This document shows positions 1-10,010 of a stretch of DNA of 64,000 nt, one piece after another. Position 1 is the first letter of the stretch. The number at the start of each line of letters is the position of its first letter. Below the pieces are notes generated by a model. That model did no database searches and was not told the DNA's origin. It was given only the letters and a program-made list of their open reading frames with translations. The stretch is from Candidatus Thorarchaeota archaeon. GTDB taxonomy: Archaea > Asgardarchaeota > Thorarchaeia > Thorarchaeales > Thorarchaeaceae. The translations under genes were made by a program, and so were the position numbers. Where the stretch lies: positions 39,596 to 103,595 of the forward strand of contig SDNP01000004.1 of NCBI GenBank assembly GCA_004524445.1. Direction: 5' to 3'.

Positions 1-817
1 ATGGATTGGAAAACATCACATAAGGGTCCTCGACGCATTCATCGGTATGGGTTATGACAAAAGTACCAGTACCCGTTGTGGCTTTGATAATTCCAGTTTC
101 AATTGTTCCAGTTCCCAAGGCGGAACATTGCTGGTCGCCACTTCCCATTACGACAGTAGTTCCTTTGGCAAGTCCAGTCGCTTTCGATGCTAGATCAGTT
201 ATTTGACCTAACGTGGTTCCGGGTTCAACAATATCAACGAGCTTATCTCTATTGATGTTCGTCTTTTCGAGCAATTCCTCAGACCATTCTAAGGTGTCAT
301 GATCAATAGGACCAAAACGTGCGTTTGCAGGTTCACTCACCATCCTTTCACAGAGCCGATAATTGATATAAGCGTCAAGATGGATGAATTTGTCAGCCTC
401 TTTGTACAATTTCGGACGCTCATCCATAAACCACATTATTTTGTTTACGCTTTTCCGCGGTCCAATTTGCTCAGCTAGTTCCTTGCTTCGTTCACTGGAT
501 CGGTTATCTACCCAAGTCACAGTGGGCGCAAGTGGATTGCCGTTCCCATCTACTGGTGTAATGCAATCACGTGTTGTTGTGACTATCGTTGCAAAGACAG
601 AGTTTGCCCCACCATGATATCCCGTCAGCGCCCTCTGCATGGTATTGCAGGCGGTTCTCCAAAAGGTTTCGGAGAGCTGTTCATGTGTTCCAACATCGCG
701 TGGTTTCGTGGGATATTCCTCATATGCCTTGCTTAGTTCCTTACCTTCTTCATTCATGAGCACTGATCGTGCGCCAGTGGTACCAATATCGAATACTGCG
801 AAAACCCTGTCTGTCAT
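1..817 (-). CDS. FGGY-family carbohydrate kinase (xylulokinase-like), 3' end outside the window
   Basis: Not in the ORF track. Reverse strand from ATG at 817 reads MTDRVFAVFDIGTTGARSVLMNEEGKELSKAYEEYP; DxGTT phosphate motif and later GSGDQQC motif; GGTGG SD upstream. Confidence 0.9.
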   Translation of the reverse strand, partial: MTDRVFAVFDIGTTGARSVLMNEEGKELSKAYEEYPTKPRDVGTHEQLSETFWRTACNTMQRALTGYHGGANSVFATIVTTTRDCITPVDGNGNPLAPTVTWVDNRSSERSKELAEQIGPRKSVNKIMWFMDERPKLYKEADKFIHLDAYINYRLCERMVSEPANARFGPIDHDTLEWSEELLEKTNINRDKLVDIVEPGTTLGQITDLASKATGLAKGTTVVMGSGDQQCSALGTGTIETGIIKATTGTGTFVITHTDECVEDPYVMFSNP

Positions 818-1246
818 GATATACCACCTGATTTGTTACTAAAATCAGTACTCATGGTGCAATATGAATAATCTGTTTTTCAAAGCTGCAGGACCTTGGC
901 ATGGTTGAATATCATGTCATTGTTGGCTCTTGGCCATTTCCCATCGAGAAGAAGACCAGAAAATACAATACCATACTATAACGGAGTCGTATGAGGTTTG
1001 AGCGTGAAATATCAACAGAAAGGAGATCCATCCTTTGAGTCCCTTAGAAAGCAGGTGATTGAGAAAGCCACGGATTTTGAAAGACAACAAAAAGGCGTTG
1101 CCGCTGCTCTTTGGTTCAAGTAATGTTATGGGAGAACCGATTAAGGCGAACAGAATTCTATTAAAAGGCTTCGAGCAATATCCAGATTAATTAAGCAACT
1201 GGAAGAATAACGACACACAGCTTCGACTCATCTGTGAGGCACAATT

Positions 1247-2179
1247 ATGCTGCAGGACTACCCGATTCATTCTGAGATACAAGAGAATATCTATCTTCTC
1301 CGTGGGAAGAATGCGTCCCGCTTTCCTCAGGCAAACTCAATACTCATTGATGACGAGTTGCTCACCCTCATAGATGCTGGAACACACATTGATCATATCG
1401 AGCATGCATTGAGGGATATTGGTCATTCGCTTCTTGATATCGACCAAATTGTGCTTACACACTTCCATATAGATCATAAAGGTCACGCTGAACAAATTCG
1501 GCAGGTCTCTGATTGTGAAGTAATTTGTCATCCGCTTGCTGAGGAGGGAATTGCTACATTTGAGGGAATGGTCGACTACTACGGGATTAAGGGGCACAAA
1601 TTCTTCCCCGAGTGGAATGACCTCCTTAGTTCCTTTTTGCCTCATATTCGCTCAAACTATAAGGTGACCGGGCATTTTGAAGATCGAAGACCGATTGATT
1701 GTGGAAGTATACAATTAATGCCGATCTACACCCCGGGGCACACTATTGACCACACCGTAATGGGTATTGGCGGGTATGATGTGATGCTGCTGGTTGATAT
1801 AGATTTAACGTCATTTGGACCGTGGTACGGTAATGCAGTTAGTGATATCCAAGATTTCAAGAAATCTATGGAAACTATTATCGAATTGGAGCCCACGACC
1901 GGAATAAGCAGTCATCTTCTTGAGCCAGTCAGTGGTCAATTGGACGCTAGACTGAATACATATCTTGATGAATTTGACCAGAGGGAAAATCGCATCCTCG
2001 AATACATAAGAAGTGGAAAGAAGACAATCCAAGACTTGGCGAATAAACCCACTATTTATCCAAGATTCCCAAACAAAGCGTATCGAATTTTTGAGGAATT
2101 TATGATAAGAAAACACATAGAAGATATGGAGAGAAGAAACATTCTCAGCGTCTGCGACGGCAAACTATCAGTTCATTAG
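1247..2179 (+). CDS. MBL-fold metallo-hydrolase
   Basis: LIDAG, THFHIDH (HxHxDH), TPGHT motifs; short C-terminal wHTH-like tail. Confidence 0.9.
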   Translation: MLQDYPIHSEIQENIYLLRGKNASRFPQANSILIDDELLTLIDAGTHIDHIEHALRDIGHSLLDIDQIVLTHFHIDHKGHAEQIRQVSDCEVICHPLAEEGIATFEGMVDYYGIKGHKFFPEWNDLLSSFLPHIRSNYKVTGHFEDRRPIDCGSIQLMPIYTPGHTIDHTVMGIGGYDVMLLVDIDLTSFGPWYGNAVSDIQDFKKSMETIIELEPTTGISSHLLEPVSGQLDARLNTYLDEFDQRENRILEYIRSGKKTIQDLANKPTIYPRFPNKAYRIFEEFMIRKHIEDMERRNILSVCDGKLSVH

Positions 2180-2253
2180 GATGTGAGCAATCTCACACAG
2201 AGCGAGTGAGCGGCAAGTAGCACCACTCACTCTACGGATGCAGTAAGGATTGA

Positions 2254-3054
2254 TTACTTGTGTGAGAAGTCAGGGTCTCGTTTTGAGAGGAACGCATCTA
2301 CTCCTTCTTCTTTGTCTTCTGTATCGAAGACCTCAGTAAAAAGATCAACCTCTAATTCAAGATTCTTGCCAACGGGCAAAACCCATGCCGCATTCAATGA
2401 CTTCTTGGCAAGTTTAATCGCAACTCCCGGCTTCTTGGCTAAATCCTGAGCAAGACCAGCAGTTTCTTCTCTCAATCTTTCTACTGATTCGAATACTTCA
2501 TTTACCAGTCCCAAACGCTTGGCCTCTTCAGCGATGATTTGCTCCCCAGTAAACACCAATTCTTTAGCCATCCCAAGACCGACCAGCCGAGGCAGCCGTA
2601 CAGTACCACCAAATCCAGGAATAATCCCGAGATTTATCTCAGGCTGTCCAAAGCGGGCGTTAGTCGAAGCATACCGAATGTCGCATGCCATAGCAATTTC
2701 ACAACCGCCTCCTAAAGCGAATCCATTAACACAAGCTATCACAGGCTTTGTCATGGATTCTATTTCGGTGCAAAGGTCTTGACCAGCTTGAGCCAAGGGA
2801 CGTACTGTCTTCGAATCCTTATCCCGGAATTCATTGATATCTGCCCCAGCTGCAAAAGCCTTTTCTCCAGCACCAGTAAGGATGATTACTCTAATCGTAT
2901 CATCATCTTCTGCCTTTTTCATGGCATTTCTCAATTCTTGGACAACAAAGGTGTTCAGCGCATTGTATTTCTGGGGTCTGTTAATCGTGATTGTTGCAAT
3001 TGACCCATCAACACTGTAGAGGACTTCATTCTCTGACAATTCATTCTCCTCCAT
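2254..3054 (-). CDS. Enoyl-CoA hydratase/isomerase (crotonase family)
   Basis: AFAAGADI, GFALGGGCE, FGQPEINLGIIPGFGG motifs. Confidence 0.95.
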   Translation of the reverse strand: MEENELSENEVLYSVDGSIATITINRPQKYNALNTFVVQELRNAMKKAEDDDTIRVIILTGAGEKAFAAGADINEFRDKDSKTVRPLAQAGQDLCTEIESMTKPVIACVNGFALGGGCEIAMACDIRYASTNARFGQPEINLGIIPGFGGTVRLPRLVGLGMAKELVFTGEQIIAEEAKRLGLVNEVFESVERLREETAGLAQDLAKKPGVAIKLAKKSLNAAWVLPVGKNLELEVDLFTEVFDTEDKEEGVDAFLSKRDPDFSHK

Positions 3055-3211
3055 ATTACTGACCCCGACTTGTTACTTCCACTAAATAAGCATTCTCAAG
3101 TGCATCGAAACATGATGAACGGAAAAATTCTGATATAGGATGGCACCCTCTAACCTTATTTAGTAGGAATGCCGCTCGGTTTTATGAAAACGGTGTAGCG
3201 GTGCGAGAAAT

Positions 3212-3550
3212 ATGCGGAATCTGAGAACTGACGCTTTGAGAAAATCCTTACTCGCAATGAAAAATTCATTAATCAGTTCTTATGAACTAAAGACTGCAAT
3301 TCGCGAAGAGAGTCTTTTTGAAAGAGCCTGGAAAAGAGAAGAGCCAGACTATTTGATATTCTCAGATTATCGCAGAAATGAAGGAAGACGCAGAATCCTT
3401 GATGCCGCAGAAATCATTGATGGAGCATTAGAACAGCTGGAAAGTTGCGATCAAATGGCAGCCTCAAAGCTTTATTTGCAGACGCTAAACGCAGTCGCGC
3501 TACTCACTAAATGGGCGGGCATTCTTGAATCTAGTGTTAGAGAATCCTAA
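3212..3550 (+). CDS. Hypothetical helical protein (112 aa)
   Basis: Fills the intergenic gap; GGTG SD upstream; no recognisable motif. Confidence 0.7.
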   Translation: MRNLRTDALRKSLLAMKNSLISSYELKTAIREESLFERAWKREEPDYLIFSDYRRNEGRRRILDAAEIIDGALEQLESCDQMAASKLYLQTLNAVALLTKWAGILESSVRES

Positions 3551-3587
3551 AAAAGAAGATTGGGAGGGGAAAAAACCCCTCATCGTT

Positions 3588-4004
3588 CTATACAAGCCAC
3601 TTATAGGTAATTTTGTGCTTATCGATTGTTTCGAATGCGAGCTTCAAGTCCATGCCAACTTCAGGTTGAGACATGAGATTCGTGATATGAGCTGTCAGTC
3701 GACAGCCAGATGGAAATTCACCAATTCCTACGACGTAGGGCGCCTTTGATGCCAAGCTTGCTGGAGCAAAATCCACGATAACATATGACCGTAATTTCGC
3801 CTCTCGCTCGGTGAATTCTTCAAGTTCACATATACTCAGGTCCTTCTGGCAGTGCTCCCGTGGCGGGAGATATTCTGCCCCACACTCTGGACAGACGCTT
3901 TTCATTAGCCGCTCTTCATCGAGGGCTTCTAGAAAGTCTTGCATGAACGGAGTTACTGCTTTGTCGGTCGCATATCCGAGATAGAGTTCTTTTTCTTCTG
4001 CCAT
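3588..4004 (-). CDS. DUF35 Zn-ribbon/OB-fold protein (thiolase partner)
   Basis: CPECG...PPREHC Zn ribbon plus OB fold; directly downstream of the thiolase. Start 4004 or 4013. Confidence 0.9.
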   Translation of the reverse strand: MAEEKELYLGYATDKAVTPFMQDFLEALDEERLMKSVCPECGAEYLPPREHCQKDLSICELEEFTEREAKLRSYVIVDFAPASLASKAPYVVGIGEFPSGCRLTAHITNLMSQPEVGMDLKLAFETIDKHKITYKWLV

Positions 4005-4006
4005 GT

Positions 4007-5173
4007 TTACCATCCCCTCTCAAAGATAAAGACGTTCACAAATTGCCCTGATTGACCAACATTGTGGGCGAGCCCCAACTGAATATCGTCAATCTGTCTC
4101 GATTGTTCCTCTGCTTCGCCTCGCATCTGCTTGAGAATCTCATAAGTCATAGAAACCCCTGTTGCACCCAACGGATGACCTTTACTCTTCAGTCCACCGT
4201 CGCAGTTAACCGGAATCTTGCCGTCGTGGTAGACCTCCTTGTTCTCAATAAGTTCGCGACCCTTACCGGGCTCAGCAAATCCAAGGTCTTCGTATGCAAT
4301 TAATTCAGCGATGGTAAAGCAATCATGGACCTGTGCCATGTCGATATCCTCGGGCCCAACTCCTGCCATCTCGTATGCGGCCTTGCCAGCCCTCACTGCT
4401 CCAGGTATTGATGTAAGTGAGTCACGATCCTGTACCATCATTGCTGATGCGCCAGCACCGATGCCCTTAATCCACATAGGTTCATCGGTGAATTCCTTGA
4501 CTCTGTCCTCGGCAGCAATAACGCATGCTGCAGCACCATCAGAGATAAGGCTACAATCGTAAAGATTCAACGGTCTTGCGATGGGTACCGAGTTATGCGC
4601 TTCTTCAAGAGTGACTTCACGCGGTAGATGAGCCTTCGGATTCTGAGCACCATAATGATGCGACTTGACTGCAATTTTGGATAGGACTTCATGCGGCAAG
4701 TCATATTCATACATGTATCTTGATGCCATCAGAGCATAGAAGGCGGGGAATGATATGCCATATGGGTACTCCCATCGCATATCGCCTGCCTGTGACATAT
4801 ATTCGGTTGCGGTTGCTGATGAAACGCGGTTCATCTGCTCAACCCCGACCACCAGCATAACATCGTATAATCCTGCTGCAACCATTCCCCAGGCCGCTCT
4901 TAGTGAGGCGGTTCCTGTTGTACAAGCAGACTCGACTCTTAAGTGAGGTTTATCATCTATTCCGAGATAGTCAGCAATCAATGCAGACCCGGCGCCTTGC
5001 CCAGTAAACTGAGAAGCAGCATAAGATAGGATTGATGCATCAATTCTATCTTGCGTTATGCCTTCCTCATAGATAGGTCTATAGGCCTCTGCACAGAGTT
5101 CTCTCATTGTTGCATCAAAGCGTTTTCCGAATTTGGCGTGGCCCGCGGCCACTACTGCAACTTTTCTAGCCAT
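4007..5173 (-). CDS. Thiolase (archaeal/SCP-x type acetyl-CoA acetyltransferase)
   Basis: ESACTTG catalytic Cys, HDCFTIAE, GGLKSKGHPLGATG. Confidence 0.95.
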   Translation of the reverse strand: MARKVAVVAAGHAKFGKRFDATMRELCAEAYRPIYEEGITQDRIDASILSYAASQFTGQGAGSALIADYLGIDDKPHLRVESACTTGTASLRAAWGMVAAGLYDVMLVVGVEQMNRVSSATATEYMSQAGDMRWEYPYGISFPAFYALMASRYMYEYDLPHEVLSKIAVKSHHYGAQNPKAHLPREVTLEEAHNSVPIARPLNLYDCSLISDGAAACVIAAEDRVKEFTDEPMWIKGIGAGASAMMVQDRDSLTSIPGAVRAGKAAYEMAGVGPEDIDMAQVHDCFTIAELIAYEDLGFAEPGKGRELIENKEVYHDGKIPVNCDGGLKSKGHPLGATGVSMTYEILKQMRGEAEEQSRQIDDIQLGLAHNVGQSGQFVNVFIFERGW

Positions 5174-5425
5174 TTCATTTCCTCCATGGGAGAATTCTGT
5201 TCGATAACACAGCTCCCAATGTGTTTGGTTAATTTATGCAACATCAGGCATCCTGTCTTAAGGCTGTCGGAATCGTGAGGATGAACGAAAAGCGCAGTTC
5301 CTATTTTTAATTTATCAGGCATTGCACAAATTCCTGCAATTATGGTGGTTTTGTCGTATAGTAGGTTTTATTGACTGCCAGAGCTTAGTATTTACTGCAA
5401 TTCAGCTAAGGATGAGAGACATGAA

Positions 5426-6673
5426 ATGAGTACATCAAAAGAGAAGATTTGGAAAAAAATAGATAAAGAACATGATGAAATTCTTAAACTGGCTGGTGAT
5501 TTAATCAGATTCCCCAGTGAGAACCCTCCTGGAGACATGACTGAGATTGCCGATTTTGTTGTTGAGTATCTATCGGATTATGGATTGGATTGTGAAACCC
5601 ATGAACCAGAATCTGGCGTGATCAACATTTTGTGCAAACTTGGATCTGGCAAAGAAAAACGCCTGGTTTTGAATGGTCACCTCGACGTTGTGCCTGTTGG
5701 TGACAAAGACGATTGGAGCTTTCCACCGTTCAGTGGGGAGGTGAAGGATGGCTTTCTCCTCGGTCGCGGTGCAAGCGACATGAAAGGAGGAGATACGGGT
5801 ATCATCAGCGCGATGAGGCTTCTTGTTGATTATGAAGATGAGTTGGATGGTACTGTTACGCTCACGCTTGTTCCCGACGAGGAAACCATGGGAGAATTGG
5901 GGACAGGATGGATTTTGGATGAGAAACTGGTAGACCCAACTGCATGTGTGATTGCAGAACCAACCGACCTACCTCTGATAGATATTGGACAGAAGGGAGC
6001 TTACTGGGGAAAAGTCGTTGTTAAAGGCACACCAATTCATGGTAGTCTTTCACCATATAAAGGAGATAGTGCAATTCGAAAAGCCTGCAAAGTCATGGAA
6101 AAAATGTTCGATATCACCAAAGTCAACGTCGAGGCTCCGGAGGATATCAAGAAGGTTATTGAGGAATCTAAGCCTTTGATTGAAGACTTGATTGGCGAGG
6201 AAGGTGTTGGCATAATCCTGAGTTCACCCACGCTCAATATCGGGATAATAAGAGGAGGCAATAAGGTCAATATTGTTCCTGATAGATGTGAACTCGAATT
6301 CGATATGCGATTGCCTATTGGTTTTGATGTCAGCAAAGCATCCGGGCATATGGAAGAAATCTTGAAGGACTTTGGTGAAGACGCAGTGCTCGATATTGGC
6401 ACAGCGATTGACCCCAATTATACAGCCCCTGATGCCCCAATAGTCACATCGACAATGGAGAATGTTGAGAAGGTTCTTGGCAGAGAGCCTCGAATATTCA
6501 CACAATGGGCTTCAAGTGATGCAAGGCATTTCAGAAATCGAGGAATTGACACAGTACATTATGGACCAGCGATAATCGAGGGTATTCACGGAATCGATGA
6601 AAAGGTAAAAGCGGATGATGTCGTACAGGCAACCAAAGTATACACTGGAGTCGTCCTTGACTACCTTTCCTAA
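5426..6673 (+). CDS. M20 family metallopeptidase/deacylase (ArgE/DapE-like)
   Basis: NGHLDVVP, GRGASDMKGG, DEE, AEPT, H..DE motifs. Confidence 0.93.
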   Translation: MSTSKEKIWKKIDKEHDEILKLAGDLIRFPSENPPGDMTEIADFVVEYLSDYGLDCETHEPESGVINILCKLGSGKEKRLVLNGHLDVVPVGDKDDWSFPPFSGEVKDGFLLGRGASDMKGGDTGIISAMRLLVDYEDELDGTVTLTLVPDEETMGELGTGWILDEKLVDPTACVIAEPTDLPLIDIGQKGAYWGKVVVKGTPIHGSLSPYKGDSAIRKACKVMEKMFDITKVNVEAPEDIKKVIEESKPLIEDLIGEEGVGIILSSPTLNIGIIRGGNKVNIVPDRCELEFDMRLPIGFDVSKASGHMEEILKDFGEDAVLDIGTAIDPNYTAPDAPIVTSTMENVEKVLGREPRIFTQWASSDARHFRNRGIDTVHYGPAIIEGIHGIDEKVKADDVVQATKVYTGVVLDYLS

Positions 6674-6720
6674 ACTGTCTTGATACTTCATCATGTTAGA
6701 GAGCTCAAATGGGTATCCAC

Positions 6721-7389
6721 TCAGAGGAGCTCTCTGATAACCCTAGCAAGGATAGTACGTGACAGAAGAGCTGGCACGCCAACCTCTCTCTTCATGAAAT
6801 CACTCAGCTCATCACTGTACCCGATGCAATCGAGTGCAATAAGGTCGACGCCTTCATTCCGAAATCGTTCTGCAATTCTCTCAATTTCATTCATATCTTG
6901 TTCTTGATAGGGGGAGAGATCTTGGACAAATACTTCAAGATTTTCACGTTTCCATTTCTCAGTCACAACTTTCTTCTGCTCGGGATTGGGTATCAAAACG
7001 CCTAATTTACCTGATTGAAGAATGCCCTCCAATAATTGCCCCATTAATTCCGATGGTTTTAGCATAATCTTCTTTGATTGGAGTTCAGGAAACTCGCCAG
7101 TGCAGAGAATCGCGATAAAGTCAACTTCTGGCTCCAAATTCTGGATACATTGATTCATTTTTCCAACTATCTTGGAATGACCCAATTTTACTTCTGTCCC
7201 ATCTGTCAATCGTGTGACAAGTAGCTCTTCCCCGGGAGAGGGCTCCAAGGCTCTTATTTCCTCCAGCGAGAGGTCATCAAGGGCACCACAGTGGATAGTT
7301 TCAATACTGGAGCCAAGAATAGGTTCTACATCTGTCATCACATCAGTTCGTGGTGATTGTCCAATAGTTATCATTGCGACCTTTTTCAT
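6721..7389 (-). CDS. AroM family protein
   Basis: TIGQSPRTDV N-terminus, LVTRLTDG, LCTGEF, LDCIGY. Confidence 0.88.
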   Translation of the reverse strand: MKKVAMITIGQSPRTDVMTDVEPILGSSIETIHCGALDDLSLEEIRALEPSPGEELLVTRLTDGTEVKLGHSKIVGKMNQCIQNLEPEVDFIAILCTGEFPELQSKKIMLKPSELMGQLLEGILQSGKLGVLIPNPEQKKVVTEKWKRENLEVFVQDLSPYQEQDMNEIERIAERFRNEGVDLIALDCIGYSDELSDFMKREVGVPALLSRTILARVIRELL

Positions 7390-7413
7390 TTGCTTGTCCT
7401 CTCTCTTTGTTGG

Positions 7414-8346
7414 TCACATTTTCCGAAGTTTTGAAGCCATCTCTCCATATCTATTCAGCAGAATATCGAGTTCATCTTCCCTATAGAATTTGCAGATTCC
7501 GCTGGTATAATCTCTCGCTACTTCGACGCAGAATCGTGCTGCACCCTCCAATCCGTTTACATAGTTAGCTCCTCCCCCACTACCAGGAACCGGTAGAGTG
7601 GCTGTGGTTGCCACCCCTACAAGAGGAGCCGAGGACATGACCCAAGGCTGCATTATGGAGTTGATATGATAAACATCGTTTCCATAAGGGGTAATATCTT
7701 GCATAGTTATTGGGGCGACAGCAGCCGCTTTGCCTGTCACTCGCTCGTAAATGTTGATTATATCATCACTTACCTTCAGAATCCAGCCATCTTTTACAGT
7801 AGGAGTTATTGCAAATCCTTCAGTTTTGATGACGCGATTTCCTTTTGTCGCGTCAACTGATAGAATAGCATCCATTCTGTCATCAACGAGCTCGCTCAAT
7901 ACATCCATGATGGGGACGGGGGAGATCATAAATGGAACTGGATCATGGGGTAATGTCGGGGCATCTGGTGCAACATGAGTTGTGACTATGACATCGCCCT
8001 CGAGTACATCACCTCTTTTGGCGGATGTTGCCAGCTTCATAGCATCAGCCAAGGCAACAATCGCTCCATCTGCATCAGAAACCAAACCAAGCACCTCGGG
8101 TCGAGCTCCAATACCACCTAATTGCCCCACAATGCCAAGTGTTGGAGCATCCCCACCACTTTCCCCACCATTTTTTCCGGGGATGAGAACTTTCACTACA
8201 TCTGTTTTTCCCTTATCACCCTCAAGGCGGGTTATGTCTATGTTCTCAACTCCAAATGGAACTAAGAATTCCTTAACTGCTTCGCCATCTATTTCCGGGT
8301 GGTCAATTAGATCCATGATTTCGATAATTTGTTTCATACATGACAT
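7414..8346 (-). CDS. DUF1177 family protein
   Basis: GQLGGIGARP, VSDADGA, PHDPVPFM, DATKGNR, DITPYGNDVYHINSIMQP; next to AroM as usual for this family. Confidence 0.85.
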   Translation of the reverse strand: MSCMKQIIEIMDLIDHPEIDGEAVKEFLVPFGVENIDITRLEGDKGKTDVVKVLIPGKNGGESGGDAPTLGIVGQLGGIGARPEVLGLVSDADGAIVALADAMKLATSAKRGDVLEGDVIVTTHVAPDAPTLPHDPVPFMISPVPIMDVLSELVDDRMDAILSVDATKGNRVIKTEGFAITPTVKDGWILKVSDDIINIYERVTGKAAAVAPITMQDITPYGNDVYHINSIMQPWVMSSAPLVGVATTATLPVPGSGGGANYVNGLEGAARFCVEVARDYTSGICKFYREDELDILLNRYGEMASKLRKM

Positions 8347-8352
8347 GACATT

Positions 8353-9033
8353 TCATTCTCCGTTCTGAATTTGATTTCCTCGCGCTGCATAGTAGGTAAC
8401 TAGTCCCGATGAAATAACGGGGTCCACAACCGGTATATGCAATTCATTCCGGATTCTGGGTGCTAATCGTGCAGTTGAGAGACCCGTACAAGCTAAGAGA
8501 ATTACCCTAGCATGATTATCATCAACTAATTTTCGTGCCAAATCGATATACTTGTTTAGTGATTTATTGATATCAAGTGTCGTTTCAACATCTTCGGGCT
8601 TCAGGTAACTCCAAGTGGTTCGGCCCAATGCATCAGCGACCACTCCTGGTACCTTCTCATCTATTCCGAGAATACCGATAGGAAATCCCAGCGACCTAGC
8701 TACATAGGCAGAGGTCCTTCCGGCTCCAACAACCGGAATCTCAAGCTTTTCTTGGAGCTCAGATACTCCAGGGTCTGCTGCACAGCTCACAAATAGAGCA
8801 TTCAAATCTTCATTTTTGACCATTCGATTAGCAGTTTCAATGACGTAAGGGATTGCGCGAGCTTCTTCTTCTTCATTCGGAATCCCACTTGGAAAACCAT
8901 CAATTCTATCAGTGACCATCTGCAATTTAGGGTCTCGAACATATTCGGAGATTATCCGAGCATGTGTTCTGAGGAAATCCCAGTCATCTGTCGTGACGAC
9001 GCGAATAACTCCAATCTTTAATTTCGATGCCAT
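8353..9033 (-). CDS. Asp/Glu/hydantoin racemase family protein
   Basis: SCAADPG and LACTG two-cysteine motifs; IPVVDPV. Confidence 0.88.
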   Translation of the reverse strand: MASKLKIGVIRVVTTDDWDFLRTHARIISEYVRDPKLQMVTDRIDGFPSGIPNEEEEARAIPYVIETANRMVKNEDLNALFVSCAADPGVSELQEKLEIPVVGAGRTSAYVARSLGFPIGILGIDEKVPGVVADALGRTTWSYLKPEDVETTLDINKSLNKYIDLARKLVDDNHARVILLACTGLSTARLAPRIRNELHIPVVDPVISSGLVTYYAARGNQIQNGE

Positions 9034-9083
9034 TTTCCTGTATCATCCTTTGAAGCTTGCAAGGCTGATAGCCCAGCAAGTCC

Positions 9084-10010
9084 TCATGCGCCAAGCCCTA
9101 GGAAGGATAGCAGCTGATTGAATAGAGCAATCAACCAGCCTATGATCCAACTCATGAAATCGATGATCCACTGAATGAGATTTGGTCGAAGGATGTTGTA
9201 AAGGAACTGGTAGTTGAACCATCCATAGACCACGCTGAGTACAACGATTCCAAGAGTCATTAAGATTGCCAGAGCCAATACACCATAGTCCAAGGCTTTG
9301 AAGGAAATCTCCTGCCTAAACGTTCGGTTGGCAGGGTCATAGGTGAATGCTCTAGACTCAATAGTTCTGGAAATATCAATCCCTCTGAGTACAGTTAGAT
9401 ATATGCTAGGCACAATAACTGGAACATACGCTCTCATTTTTGTAATTGGGTTCCTTATATCGAATTTCGCACCTCTTGATTTTTGTGCTTCGATAACCGT
9501 ACGGAATTGATTGATCATCAGTGGGACAGATGCAAATGCAATTCCAAGGGAAACAGCAGCCTCAACCGGAAACCGTAGCCGCACCAATGCAATCAATAAA
9601 TCTGAAACAGGCGTGACTAAGGTAATCAGTCGTGTAACAATAATGAAGAAGATGAATCTCTCTCCACTTGAAATACCAATCAATGTGGTTCGTAATGTTA
9701 CAGGGCCAAACTCCGTGAAGGGAATCAGGTAGAAATATATGTAATCACCTGGCAGGGGAGGAACTGTTAGGTAATTGACCACAATAAATAGAATCATTGC
9801 GGGTAACGATGCCTTCAGAACGAGCATCAGCTTTTCGCGAGGAATGCCAGCAACACGATACATTCCCAACGTCATCAGGAGAATGATAAAGAAGACTATC
9901 GGGTCGAAGACAACCACTGTTAGTATTACTAGACCCAAGAAGATGAATATCTTTGTCCGAGGATCCATTCTATGAAGAATGCTATCACCAGGCACGTATT
10001 CCATTGCCAT
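9084..10010 (-). CDS. ecfT: ECF transporter transmembrane component T
   Basis: LHRMDPRTK start, AQKSRG and IESRAF motifs, multiple TM segments. Confidence 0.92.
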   Translation of the reverse strand: MAMEYVPGDSILHRMDPRTKIFIFLGLVILTVVVFDPIVFFIILLMTLGMYRVAGIPREKLMLVLKASLPAMILFIVVNYLTVPPLPGDYIYFYLIPFTEFGPVTLRTTLIGISSGERFIFFIIVTRLITLVTPVSDLLIALVRLRFPVEAAVSLGIAFASVPLMINQFRTVIEAQKSRGAKFDIRNPITKMRAYVPVIVPSIYLTVLRGIDISRTIESRAFTYDPANRTFRQEISFKALDYGVLALAILMTLGIVVLSVVYGWFNYQFLYNILRPNLIQWIIDFMSWIIGWLIALFNQLLSFLGLGA

